The translations under genes and the position numbers were made by a program. A DNA stretch of 64,000 nt from Candidatus Omnitrophota bacterium (GTDB taxonomy: Bacteria; Omnitrophota; Gorgyraeia; Gygaellales; Profunditerraquicolaceae). Positions 19,096 to 27,386 of this stretch are shown piece by piece. A model generated the notes under the pieces. That model saw only the letters and a program-made list of their open reading frames with translations, made no database searches and was not told where the DNA came from. The stretch is taken from assembly GCA_028712255.1 (NCBI GenBank), contig JAQTQJ010000004.1, positions 19,956 to 83,955 of the forward strand, in the 5' to 3' direction. The number at the start of each line of letters is the position of its first letter. The stretch's first letter is position 1.

Positions 19096-19766
19096 ATTAA
19101 TTTCCTTTTTAAATAGATAAGAACGTCTTTTAAATTATTAAAAGCCATATAATCCAACTTACTCTCTTTAAGATGCCGCAGGAGATGATCCTTAGCAAAT
19201 ACAACGTGGGCGTATTTTGCCGGACAGGCATCTGATTCGCCATCCCCCACATAGATTATCGTAGCCCCTTTTGGCGCTTTAGCTAAAAGATTTTTTGTCT
19301 TGCAATGCGCGCAAATCTGGCAATCTTTATCCTTGAATGGGTAATCTGTAACTACTTTACCTTTAGAAAACCTTAGTTTATTTGCGTAAACTTTAAGGTT
19401 ATTTATCCTGTTGATCTTCAGAATTTTATTAAGTATGTAGTCGTAGTTATCGCTTAAGACGAAACTCTTGATTTTTTTAGCCTGCAGCAGCTTATAAATC
19501 GGCTTAAAATAGGGATCAAGCTTGATCTTGGACAAATAAGCATCCAAAGACACCCTGTTTAGATCCATGCCTCTGAGTTGCCCTTCAAGGCAGGTCTTTG
19601 AACCAATCCTACCGCTCTTCCATCTTTTCTCCAATTCTACCCAACGGTCATCCTTGGAAAAAAGCAAAAGCATATTATCAAACACATCGCAAGTAGCAAT
19701 GGTATTGTCAAAATCAAAGAAAACAATACATTTTTTAGGGTTAAACTGGTTATTCTTATCTTCCAT
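19092..19766 (-). CDS. HAD-IB family phosphatase (MtnX/phosphoserine-phosphatase-like)
   Basis: FDFDNTI motif I, GDGESD motif IV; 4-nt overlap with the aminotransferase. Confidence 0.6.
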   Translation of the reverse strand: MEDKNNQFNPKKCIVFFDFDNTIATCDVFDNMLLLFSKDDRWVELEKRWKSGRIGSKTCLEGQLRGMDLNRVSLDAYLSKIKLDPYFKPIYKLLQAKKIKSFVLSDNYDYILNKILKINRINNLKVYANKLRFSKGKVVTDYPFKDKDCQICAHCKTKNLLAKAPKGATIIYVGDGESDACPAKYAHVVFAKDHLLRHLKESKLDYMAFNNLKDVLIYLKRKLI

Positions 19767-19892
19767 ATAAAGAGTTGTAAAAATATACCCCTATTGTCTC
19801 ATAGGGGTAGCTGTAAGCCTAATCAAGTTCTATTCTTTATTTTAAACCTAGCATCGTAAGCTGTCAATACAATCTTTATGGGAAATTGGTAG

Positions 19893-19940
19893 AAAACCAG
19901 GGGACGGTTCTCTTAAGAAAGAGAACCGTCCCCTGGTTTT
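19893..19940. terminator. Intrinsic terminator hairpin, family B (aaaaccaggggacggttctctt-aaga-aagagaaccgtcccctggtttt), bidirectional T-tracts
   Basis: Perfect 22-bp stem abutting the radical-SAM stop codon. Confidence 0.8.
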
Positions 19941-20944
19941 TAACTAAACACTCCAGGTAAAATTGCCTGACAAAATTTGCACTTATTGCCTGCAAGGCTG
20001 GATTCGGTTATATTAAATCCTTCCCTTTTAATAATGACTCTTTTGCATTGGATACAAAAAGTATCCTGGCCCCAGCCATAGGCATTACCGGCATACACAT
20101 AACGCAATCCTTGGGCTTTACCCAAATCATAGGCTGCCTTTAGGGTCTGTTCAGGGGTATTTGAATAAGAAGTAAATTTATAATCCGCATGAAAACTAGA
20201 GACATGCCAGGGGATATCTTTACTTATCCCGGAGATAAATTTTGCAATCCCGGATAACTCCTCCGGAGAGTCGTTTTCTCCGGGAATCAGCAAAGTCGTA
20301 ATTTCAACCCAGACTCCAGTATCATATAATAAACGAATAGAATCAAGAACAGGGGCTAATTTTGCCGAACATATCCTTTGATAGGAACTTTCTTTAAAAA
20401 ATTTTAGATCAACATTAGCCGTATCCAAATGCGGCTTAAGCACCGAGATCGCCTTAGCGGTCATATACCCATTAGTAACAAATATATTGGCTATTCCTTC
20501 CTGCTTAGCCAGTATCGCCGTCTCCAATGCAAATTCAAAAAAAATAGTCGGCTCGGTATATGTGTAGGCTATTGATTTACAATTGTTCTGTTTAGCTAGT
20601 TCTATAACCTTAGCAGCGCTAAAGTCTTCCCCAGGATGGTCTTTAAGGAAATCGAGTTGAGAAATTTGCCAGTTTTGACAAAAGCCGCAGCGGAAGTTAC
20701 AACCGGCGCTGGCAATAGAGAAAGCTAAAGAACCAGGAAGAAAATGATTTAGCGGTTTTTTTTCAACTGGATCCACATTTACCGCTACCAACTTGCCATA
20801 ATTATGAGTATAAAGAACTCCCTTGATATTCTGCCTTACCCCGCAAAAACCAAATTTACCTTCCTGAATCTTACAGTTATGCGCGCAAAGCTGGCAGTGC
20901 ACCGTTTGACCGTCTAATCGGACGTAAAGAGAGGCTTCTTTCAT
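19940..20944 (-). CDS. Radical SAM enzyme (AmmeMemoRadiSam-system / PFL-activase-like)
   Basis: N-terminal CQLCAHNC plus CNFRCGFCQN (CxxxCxxC); DPVEKKPL motif; 334 aa. Confidence 0.6.
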   Translation of the reverse strand: MKEASLYVRLDGQTVHCQLCAHNCKIQEGKFGFCGVRQNIKGVLYTHNYGKLVAVNVDPVEKKPLNHFLPGSLAFSIASAGCNFRCGFCQNWQISQLDFLKDHPGEDFSAAKVIELAKQNNCKSIAYTYTEPTIFFEFALETAILAKQEGIANIFVTNGYMTAKAISVLKPHLDTANVDLKFFKESSYQRICSAKLAPVLDSIRLLYDTGVWVEITTLLIPGENDSPEELSGIAKFISGISKDIPWHVSSFHADYKFTSYSNTPEQTLKAAYDLGKAQGLRYVYAGNAYGWGQDTFCIQCKRVIIKREGFNITESSLAGNKCKFCQAILPGVFS

Positions 20945-20958
20945 TGGAAATAAATCGG

Positions 20959-21705
20959 TTACCCTGGTAAGAGATTTTTTGCTAGCGCCATAAATACTAT
21001 GCCCATTAAAAATGCAAAAAAAGCAACGGTTGAACGCTTCAGGTCGCTTTCTTTATGAAGCTCAGGAATCAGATCGCTGGTTGCGATGTAAATGAAGCCG
21101 CCAGCCGTAAAAGGCAGGATAAAATTCGAAAAGCTTTTAGTAAGATCAGTTATGAAATAACCTACAATCGCCCCGATGATCGCCATAAGCGCCGAAGCGA
21201 AATTGAACAAAAGCGCCTTCCTTTTGGTAAAACCGCCATAAACCAAGACGGCAAAATCACCCAGCTCCTGAGGAATTTCATGCAGTATAATTGCCAAAGT
21301 AGTAACCAACCCAAGCTTCAAAGAAACAATGAAACTTGCGGCAATTACCATACCATCGATAAAATTATGGAATCCGTCTCCAACTAAGTTCAGGTAAGTG
21401 AAAGCGTGAGTTTTACAAGCACCTCCCTCTTCGTGGCAATGCCTCCAATGTAGATACCTTTCCATAAGGAAAAAAACTATAATTCCCAGAATCAGGTAAG
21501 AGAATACTATAGAGCTTTTATTATTTTCTAAACATTCCGGAAGGATATGTAAAAATGCGCCTCCGATAAGTGCGCCTGCAGAAAAACCAATCAGGCAAAA
21601 AAGAATCTTATGCAGCAAATTATCTTTAAGTGTCAGGGTAAAAATACCCACCAAGGATATGAGGCTGACTAAAAATGTGCTGGCTAAGATCCAAAGTAAA
21701 ACCAT
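20959..21705 (-). CDS. zupT: ZIP-family divalent metal transporter
   Basis: HEIPQELGDFAVL signature, 8 TM; 248 aa. Confidence 0.8.
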   Translation of the reverse strand: MVLLWILASTFLVSLISLVGIFTLTLKDNLLHKILFCLIGFSAGALIGGAFLHILPECLENNKSSIVFSYLILGIIVFFLMERYLHWRHCHEEGGACKTHAFTYLNLVGDGFHNFIDGMVIAASFIVSLKLGLVTTLAIILHEIPQELGDFAVLVYGGFTKRKALLFNFASALMAIIGAIVGYFITDLTKSFSNFILPFTAGGFIYIATSDLIPELHKESDLKRSTVAFFAFLMGIVFMALAKNLLPG

Positions 21706-21715
21706 ATGCGGGAAT

Positions 21716-21796
21716 CTACCCTAAATTAGGTTTTCTGCCTTTATTAGCTTTTTTGGAACGCCAGTTAAGTTTTCCTCTGCGTTTTCTTTTTCCCAT
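21716..21796 (-). CDS. Candidate 30S ribosomal protein bTHX (26-aa highly basic peptide)
   Basis: Hand translation MGKRKRRGKLNWRSKKANKGRKPNLG; resembles Thermus Thx [24 protein letters not shown] (RRGK-x-W-R core). Confidence 0.4.
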   Translation of the reverse strand: MGKRKRRGKLNWRSKKANKGRKPNLG

Positions 21797-21797
21797 A

Positions 21798-22442
21798 TTA
21801 GTTTTTGTAATAATTTAGTGGTACATTCTGTGAGATAAAACGAGCTGCCTCGATTAAACAATCATGAATAACCTTACCCATCGGTCCTTGCGCGTATTCG
21901 CTTAAACCGGCCTTAAAGGCTTTATCATGAGGAGTTCTTATTTTTCTCCCGGGATTCTCCACTGCTTGACTCTGAATATCGCGATTACTCATTACGTTTG
22001 CGCTAACCCGGTCAATAATACGCAAATTCAATTGCATATTTGCTTTATTTAGGGCCTCCCCTAATAAACCACCCATAAAACCGCCAGCGGCGCTTCCCCC
22101 TCCGGCTAATCCCGACTTGCCGCCCGAGCTCTCCGGAATAAACTCGATAACCCCAACGCTGACAATTAAATCCGCTTCCTGCGGAGTAGTTATAACAAAA
22201 CGCTTTGTAGTATTTAGAATGCTGATAAAATAATCTTTTAACGCCAATCCAACCTGTGCGTCAAGGCCGGAAGTTTTTAGTTCAAAATCGTTAATTGCTA
22301 TTTTTACGCGCGCTCCGGCGTATGGACTAAGCGACTCTCCCGCCAAAGAGTTATCTAACGCAAAATGTGGTTTTGTCGAAAAACATCCCGCAAAAAACAG
22401 TAAGGAAATCAGGCAACCAAATAACTTAAGACTCTTTATCAT
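21798..22442 (-). CDS. Lipoprotein of unknown function (lipobox FFAGC), Gly-rich central segment
   Basis: Signal peptide plus Cys lipobox; 214 aa. Confidence 0.45.
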   Translation of the reverse strand: MIKSLKLFGCLISLLFFAGCFSTKPHFALDNSLAGESLSPYAGARVKIAINDFELKTSGLDAQVGLALKDYFISILNTTKRFVITTPQEADLIVSVGVIEFIPESSGGKSGLAGGGSAAGGFMGGLLGEALNKANMQLNLRIIDRVSANVMSNRDIQSQAVENPGRKIRTPHDKAFKAGLSEYAQGPMGKVIHDCLIEAARFISQNVPLNYYKN

Positions 22443-22488
22443 GTTTATTTTTAATATATTACCGATTAGCTACAGTGTCAAGAAGAAT

Positions 22489-22528
22489 CCAGGGGACGGT
22501 TCTCTTTTTTAAGAGAACCGTCCCCCTT
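22489..22528. terminator. Intrinsic terminator hairpin, family B (ccaggggacggttctctt-tttt-aagagaaccgtcccc)
   Basis: Near-identical core to the 19893 hairpin; just downstream of the HAD gene stop. Confidence 0.75.
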
Positions 22529-22532
22529 GTTT

Positions 22533-23165
22533 TTATAACAGATCTAGAAGTCTTTCAATTGAAGGGATAACCCTAAAAGGCCTCTCCTTCTTAATCTGAA
22601 GATTGCTACTTGAGCCGCCGGTAACAATTACGGTCTTGATTTTCGCGCGCCTGCCGGCTTGCGCGTCGATAACCATATCCCCGACATAGAGCGCTTGAGA
22701 CTTCTTAAAGGCAAACCTCCTGATTATCGTATTTAGAATCTGTGGGTGGGGCTTACCATATTTTAATTTATCAGCGCAAAGTACATAATCAAAAAATTTT
22801 ATCAGGCCTAAATGCCTTAAAAGAATAAGAGAAAATTCAGTCGGCCGGTTACTGGCTACCGCCAGCTTGCAACCTTTATTTAAAAGATACCGCAAAAGAA
22901 GCTTAACATGCGGATACAGGCGCGAGTATTTAAGTAAGCTGTGCTTATGATGATTACGGTATAGGCTTAAAGCGCGTTTTAAATGCTTCTTGGGAATATA
23001 CGGCTTAAGAAGATTGGCGTCTCCCCATCCTACAGCCAGGCGGATAGTGTTTGCGCTTTGTGGTTTTAATCCCAGCTTGCCCATCACATAATTAAAACTG
23101 CTATTAATCGCCGCATAGGCATCCACTAATGTACCGTCTAAATCAAAAATAATCAGTTTTAGCAT
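22533..23165 (-). CDS. HAD-superfamily hydrolase (phosphoglycolate-phosphatase-like)
   Basis: IIFDLDGTLVD motif I; 210 aa. Confidence 0.7.
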   Translation of the reverse strand: MLKLIIFDLDGTLVDAYAAINSSFNYVMGKLGLKPQSANTIRLAVGWGDANLLKPYIPKKHLKRALSLYRNHHKHSLLKYSRLYPHVKLLLRYLLNKGCKLAVASNRPTEFSLILLRHLGLIKFFDYVLCADKLKYGKPHPQILNTIIRRFAFKKSQALYVGDMVIDAQAGRRAKIKTVIVTGGSSSNLQIKKERPFRVIPSIERLLDLL

Positions 23166-23225
23166 AATAAAATATAGGCAGGGTTTTTAAAAGCCCTGCC
23201 TAATTAAAATAATATTTATAACAAA

Positions 23226-23873
23226 TTATTGCTGAGTTTGGCCCTCTTGGGTGGCCGGAGCCGGTGTTAATACTGCCTGTACTGGTGCCTGGCTGATTAG
23301 AGCAGATGGTTCAGCAACAATTCCTGGCTGAACTTCTGGCTGCGTAACTACAGGTGCCTGCATAGGCGTCTCCACAGGAGCAGCTGCCTGCTGCATTGAT
23401 GTATCGGTAATAATAGGCTCAGCCATTGCCGCAGGTTTGGTATTTTCCACAACAGGGGTAATAGCAGCAGTTGAAGAATCCGGTTTCTCAAAATTAATAT
23501 TCTTAGCAATATTCTTACCATCGCTACTTACCATATAATCCACGCTTAAAGTGTCTTTTATTTTTATTTCATCAAGGCTTTTAATATTCTCAAAGGCCGT
23601 CATATCATCAACGGTTAAAACAAGCTCCTTCTCCTGGTCAGTTTCATAATCAAGATATTTTAAAGTAAGTGTTTTTGCCAAAACATCTAAATTAGTTACT
23701 TCTCCCCAGGCCCACTGTGTCTCGTTTGTATTCTTGGGCACAACCTGCTGGTCAGAAGAAATAGCCGTAGAATCTAGCGGTGCCACAACAGGTTCTTCGG
23801 CAGAAACGGTAAACGTAATAGTCATCAAAAAAATAATAAATCCGGACAAAAATGTGAGTTTCTTAAGGCTCAT
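23226..23873 (-). CDS. Secreted protein of unknown function with a Pro/Ala/Gln-rich C-terminal tail
   Basis: N-terminal signal peptide; low-complexity AAPVETPMQAPVVTQPEVQP tail. Confidence 0.4.
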   Translation of the reverse strand: MSLKKLTFLSGFIIFLMTITFTVSAEEPVVAPLDSTAISSDQQVVPKNTNETQWAWGEVTNLDVLAKTLTLKYLDYETDQEKELVLTVDDMTAFENIKSLDEIKIKDTLSVDYMVSSDGKNIAKNINFEKPDSSTAAITPVVENTKPAAMAEPIITDTSMQQAAAPVETPMQAPVVTQPEVQPGIVAEPSALISQAPVQAVLTPAPATQEGQTQQ

Positions 23874-24036
23874 CTTATCCTCCTGTCTTCTACGCCCTTT
23901 AACTTGTTATAGCTAGTGGGGCTTCGAAGGAATTTTAATATTCCTGTGTAACTCTATCGTCTATTAAGCTTTAGAGAGCGAAACAGAATCTTTTTAGATT
24001 ACTATTAAATTATCACGTATCTTTTTATTTGTCAAG

Positions 24037-25428
24037 CTATCTATAAAACGGCAGAAAGATTAACGCTATCATCACGATAAATGTGGTGGCCAATCCCACG
24101 CTCAAACCCACCCAAAACCAGGTAAAAAAGTTTATTTTGACCCGCTTCTCCTTTTCAAGGATGCCTATTGCCACAATATTTGCGGTTGAACCGATAAGTG
24201 TAATATTGCCCCCTAAGCACCCACCAAAAAGTAACGCCCACCACAATGGGTGAAGATTTATATTTAGACTCTGAAATCCCTGCACAACAGGAATAAAAGC
24301 GGCAACCAAAACCACATTATCCAAGACACTTGAGCCTATTGTACTTATCCAGAGTATCGAAGAAATCAAAAAATTAATATTGTTTCCCGTTGCCTCAAGC
24401 ATGTGCTTGGCGATAAAGACAGTTGCTCCAGTATACTTTAATGTCCCTGCCTGAACAAATAAAAGTAAAAAGAAAAGCAACGTCCACCATTCCACATCCT
24501 TTTCAATAAACTTTCTGGCCCGTTGGTGCTTCCAGATCATCACTAATCCACTGGTAATTAGGGGCACAACCAACAAAACAGTATTTGGAGATAACTTCAG
24601 GGCTAACTCTATGCGGTGATGTAAGGAGATAAAAACAAGCATGACCCCGAATATCCACAAACTTATTTTTAAGTTCTTCTGCGCCGGTATAGAAATCAGC
24701 TTAATTAAAATATCATTAGCCTCAAACTTGCCTATCTGTTCAGTGAGAGTTTTAATAGATTTTCTATACCAAAAGAAAGAAATAATGATAGTGGTTATAA
24801 AGCAAAATATAGCCAAAGGAAGAGCCTTTATAATAAAATCTTCAAAAGTTAAGCCGGATTTAGAAGCAATAAGAATCCCGATAGGATTCCCTAAGACCGT
24901 TGCGGCAGAGCCAATATTTGTGGTTAAAACGGAAAGTATGATAAAAGGAACCGGATCGGTTTCAAAATAATCACAGATCTCCAGGATGGCCGCTACAATA
25001 AAGATAATCGAAATCACCTCAGAGACTGTGCAAGCAAGCAGAAATGAAATAATGGCAATAAAAAAGGCAAATTTCTTTCCGGTTAATTTGGGGATACGCA
25101 GAATAAGACTGACGATCCAGGCAAAGACTCCGGAATCCTTGAGTAACCCGATAATCACCATCATCCCTACTAAAAAAAGGATGACTTCAAGTGAGGAGAA
25201 TTCAATGACATGCTCCAAATCAATGGTGTTAGTTACTAAGAGAACGGATGTGCCGATGAAAGCAAAACTTAGGCGGAAATCCCAAAAGAAAAGAGTACCC
25301 AGAATCGATGCAGAAAATATGCCTATGGAAAGTGATTGCTGTGCATTCATCCCGTAAAAATGAGCACAAGAGGCAAGAAAGAATGAAAACAAAAATAAGG
25401 AGAGCAGCTTTAAAGACAGACTTTTCAT
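24037..25428 (-). CDS. ArsB/NhaD-superfamily permease (paralog 2)
   Basis: GGCLGGNITLIGSTANIVAIG signature; the true start may be the internal MNAQQ. Confidence 0.6.
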   Translation of the reverse strand: MKSLSLKLLSLFLFSFFLASCAHFYGMNAQQSLSIGIFSASILGTLFFWDFRLSFAFIGTSVLLVTNTIDLEHVIEFSSLEVILFLVGMMVIIGLLKDSGVFAWIVSLILRIPKLTGKKFAFFIAIISFLLACTVSEVISIIFIVAAILEICDYFETDPVPFIILSVLTTNIGSAATVLGNPIGILIASKSGLTFEDFIIKALPLAIFCFITTIIISFFWYRKSIKTLTEQIGKFEANDILIKLISIPAQKNLKISLWIFGVMLVFISLHHRIELALKLSPNTVLLVVPLITSGLVMIWKHQRARKFIEKDVEWWTLLFFLLLFVQAGTLKYTGATVFIAKHMLEATGNNINFLISSILWISTIGSSVLDNVVLVAAFIPVVQGFQSLNINLHPLWWALLFGGCLGGNITLIGSTANIVAIGILEKEKRVKINFFTWFWVGLSVGLATTFIVMIALIFLPFYR

Positions 25429-25537
25429 TTATAACAAATAAGCTTAAAAAACCTACTAGTTAATAAAGAGCTGCTTTGACAGGCGATAGGGTAATCATTT
25501 TTATCAAAAGCCCACCCCCAATTTTTAAAACCTTTAG

Positions 25538-25765
25538 TTATTCCTTGGCTATAGCTAGAGTAATTACGCCAGCTAAAATCAAGAACAGGCCAATACAACC
25601 TTTAACAATTAAGAGGAGTGCTTTCCAATATTTAAGGATTGCCAATCCCCCTAAAACTAAAAATGCTAAACCTAGAATAACTTTAAAAAGTGTAGAAACC
25701 ATTTTTTTAGAGCTACAGCAACTTTCTTCTGTTGTACCGCAACATTTCTTCTCCTCTTGCGCCAT
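25538..25765 (-). CDS. Small 2-TM membrane protein (DUF2892/YgaP-TM-like) with N-terminal Cys-rich CCG...CC motif
   Basis: 75 aa; MAQEEKKCCGTTEESCCSSKK followed by two hydrophobic helices. Confidence 0.4.
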   Translation of the reverse strand: MAQEEKKCCGTTEESCCSSKKMVSTLFKVILGLAFLVLGGLAILKYWKALLLIVKGCIGLFLILAGVITLAIAKE

Positions 25766-25811
25766 TGGAACACCTCCTTAATGAATCCGTAATGATTTAG
25801 TAGCGGACGAA

Positions 25812-26723
25812 TTAACCAGGCTTACTCTTCCATCTGCGGTGAATCCAGCCCCATTCCGCAGGATATTTACGTATGTAGGACTCAATAATATCAGTAAGCC
25901 TCTGGATATTTATCAATATGGTATCTTGAGAATCCTTACCTGTTTTTAATTCTAATTCCGGTTCAAAAATTATCAGATGCCTGTCATCAGGCTGCCGGAT
26001 AATAAAACATGGAATAAGCGCAGCTTTTGTCCTTTGCGCCAGAATCACCGGGCCAGTGGCAGTAGCAGCCTTCTCTCCGAAAAAATTAACAAATACTCCC
26101 CCCGTACCGAAATTCTGATCTATGGGTATAAAAACTAATTCATTATTACGTAAAGCGCTAATTGTATTATTTACGCATTCATTACGCGGTTGGCTATAAA
26201 TTGTCCTTACACCAAATTTTTTTCTCTTTTCAAAGAAAATCTTTTCAACTTTGGCGTCGCGCATCGGCCGCATAATCCCTGCGGCCTTATACCCCTCCAG
26301 TGCCAGTTTACCCAAAAGAAGCGGGAAATTACCAAAATGCGCACTTACTAAAATTACACCCTTTCCGGATGCTAATGCTTTATCCAGATTTAGACGTCCC
26401 TGAATTTCAATTCGTTCTCTTAAAGCCTGGGACTTATCAAAAAAGGACATTAGTTCAACTGCGCTTTTAGCCATGTACATAAAACAATCCTTGGCTATCG
26501 CCTCAATTTCCTGTCGGGATTTTTCCTTACCGAAAGCAATATTTAAGCTATCCAAAGCAATATTTCTCTGCTTTACGGCAAAAATATAAGCTAAAGCGGC
26601 GATATTATTGGCAAAGGCATAGAGCCAGCCGGTCGGAATAACCCTGACTATCAAAGAACATATATTTAAACCAAGCCTGGCCGCAAAACGGCCGGTGAAT
26701 TTGCGAATTTTTTTGGAATCCAT
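25812..26723 (-). CDS. Lipid A biosynthesis / lysophospholipid acyltransferase (LpxL/HtrB family)
   Basis: N-terminal TM anchor, acyltransferase core, C-terminal WGWIHRRWK motif; 303 aa. Confidence 0.6.
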   Translation of the reverse strand: MDSKKIRKFTGRFAARLGLNICSLIVRVIPTGWLYAFANNIAALAYIFAVKQRNIALDSLNIAFGKEKSRQEIEAIAKDCFMYMAKSAVELMSFFDKSQALRERIEIQGRLNLDKALASGKGVILVSAHFGNFPLLLGKLALEGYKAAGIMRPMRDAKVEKIFFEKRKKFGVRTIYSQPRNECVNNTISALRNNELVFIPIDQNFGTGGVFVNFFGEKAATATGPVILAQRTKAALIPCFIIRQPDDRHLIIFEPELELKTGKDSQDTILINIQRLTDIIESYIRKYPAEWGWIHRRWKSKPG

Positions 26724-26778
26724 ATTAATTTATAAGTTATTCAAATTATAGCAAACCACCTTCAATTTGCAAGGACAA

Positions 26779-27264
26779 TCAAAGCTTATAGCCGATTTTA
26801 CGCAATAAGTCCTTACGCCAGGCAACATCCGTTTCATTCTCTACGCCTTTAGGAGGGAGGCCATCAATAACCCCCAATATCCCCCGCCCATTCTGGCTCT
26901 CTGCAACGATTACCTCCGTAGGGTTACTAGTAGCGCAATATATATTACATACTTCAGGGATATTCTTTATAGCATTTAAAACATTAATCGGATAGGCGTC
27001 TTTTAATAAAATAATAAAGCTGTGCCCGCTACCAAGCTCAAGTATGTTTTTGGCAGCCAACTCTTCAAGAAAAGTATCATTACCTTGCGTCCTTACCTTA
27101 CATACTCCTGATGCTTCAGCAAATGCCAAACCAAATTTTATTCCTGGGACGTTGTTGACTAAAGCCTCATAAAGGTCCTCTACTATTTTGATAAAATGCC
27201 CCTGTCCTAAAATAAAATTCATATCAAGAGGCTTATCTATCTTTACAACTTTTAGTTCTAACAT
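26779..27264 (-). CDS. PF04008-like (adenosine-specific kinase family, formerly DUF355) protein
   Basis: 161 aa; MLELKVVKIDKP...ILGQGHFIKIVEDLYEAL N-terminus recalled as typical of this family. Confidence 0.35.
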   Translation of the reverse strand: MLELKVVKIDKPLDMNFILGQGHFIKIVEDLYEALVNNVPGIKFGLAFAEASGVCKVRTQGNDTFLEELAAKNILELGSGHSFIILLKDAYPINVLNAIKNIPEVCNIYCATSNPTEVIVAESQNGRGILGVIDGLPPKGVENETDVAWRKDLLRKIGYKL

Positions 27265-27310
27265 GTGTCCCCCCCCTTGTTAATTATGAATAATTTTAAA
27301 CCCTAAATAA

Positions 27311-27386
27311 GCTGTAAGCCGTAAGCGGTAAGCTTATAGCTTATAGCTTATAGCTTATAGCTTATAGCTTATAGCTTATAGCTTAC
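27311..27386. repeat. Heptanucleotide tandem repeat: 7 perfect copies of AGCTTAT plus degenerate GTAAGCN units
   Basis: Seen directly (27331..27379 perfect copies); lies between the PIG-L gene stop and the PF04008 gene start. Confidence 0.9.

Noticed and set aside
23226-23873. Pro/Ala/Gln-rich tail of the secreted protein as a nucleotide tandem repeat
   Set aside because: The low complexity is at the amino-acid level only; no exact nucleotide periodicity was seen.
27311-27386. Possibility that the AGCTTAT repeats or the palindromic family A copies represent a CRISPR array
   Set aside because: Units are 7 bp with no spacers, and family A copies are dispersed single palindromes. There is no repeat-spacer periodicity and no cas genes.
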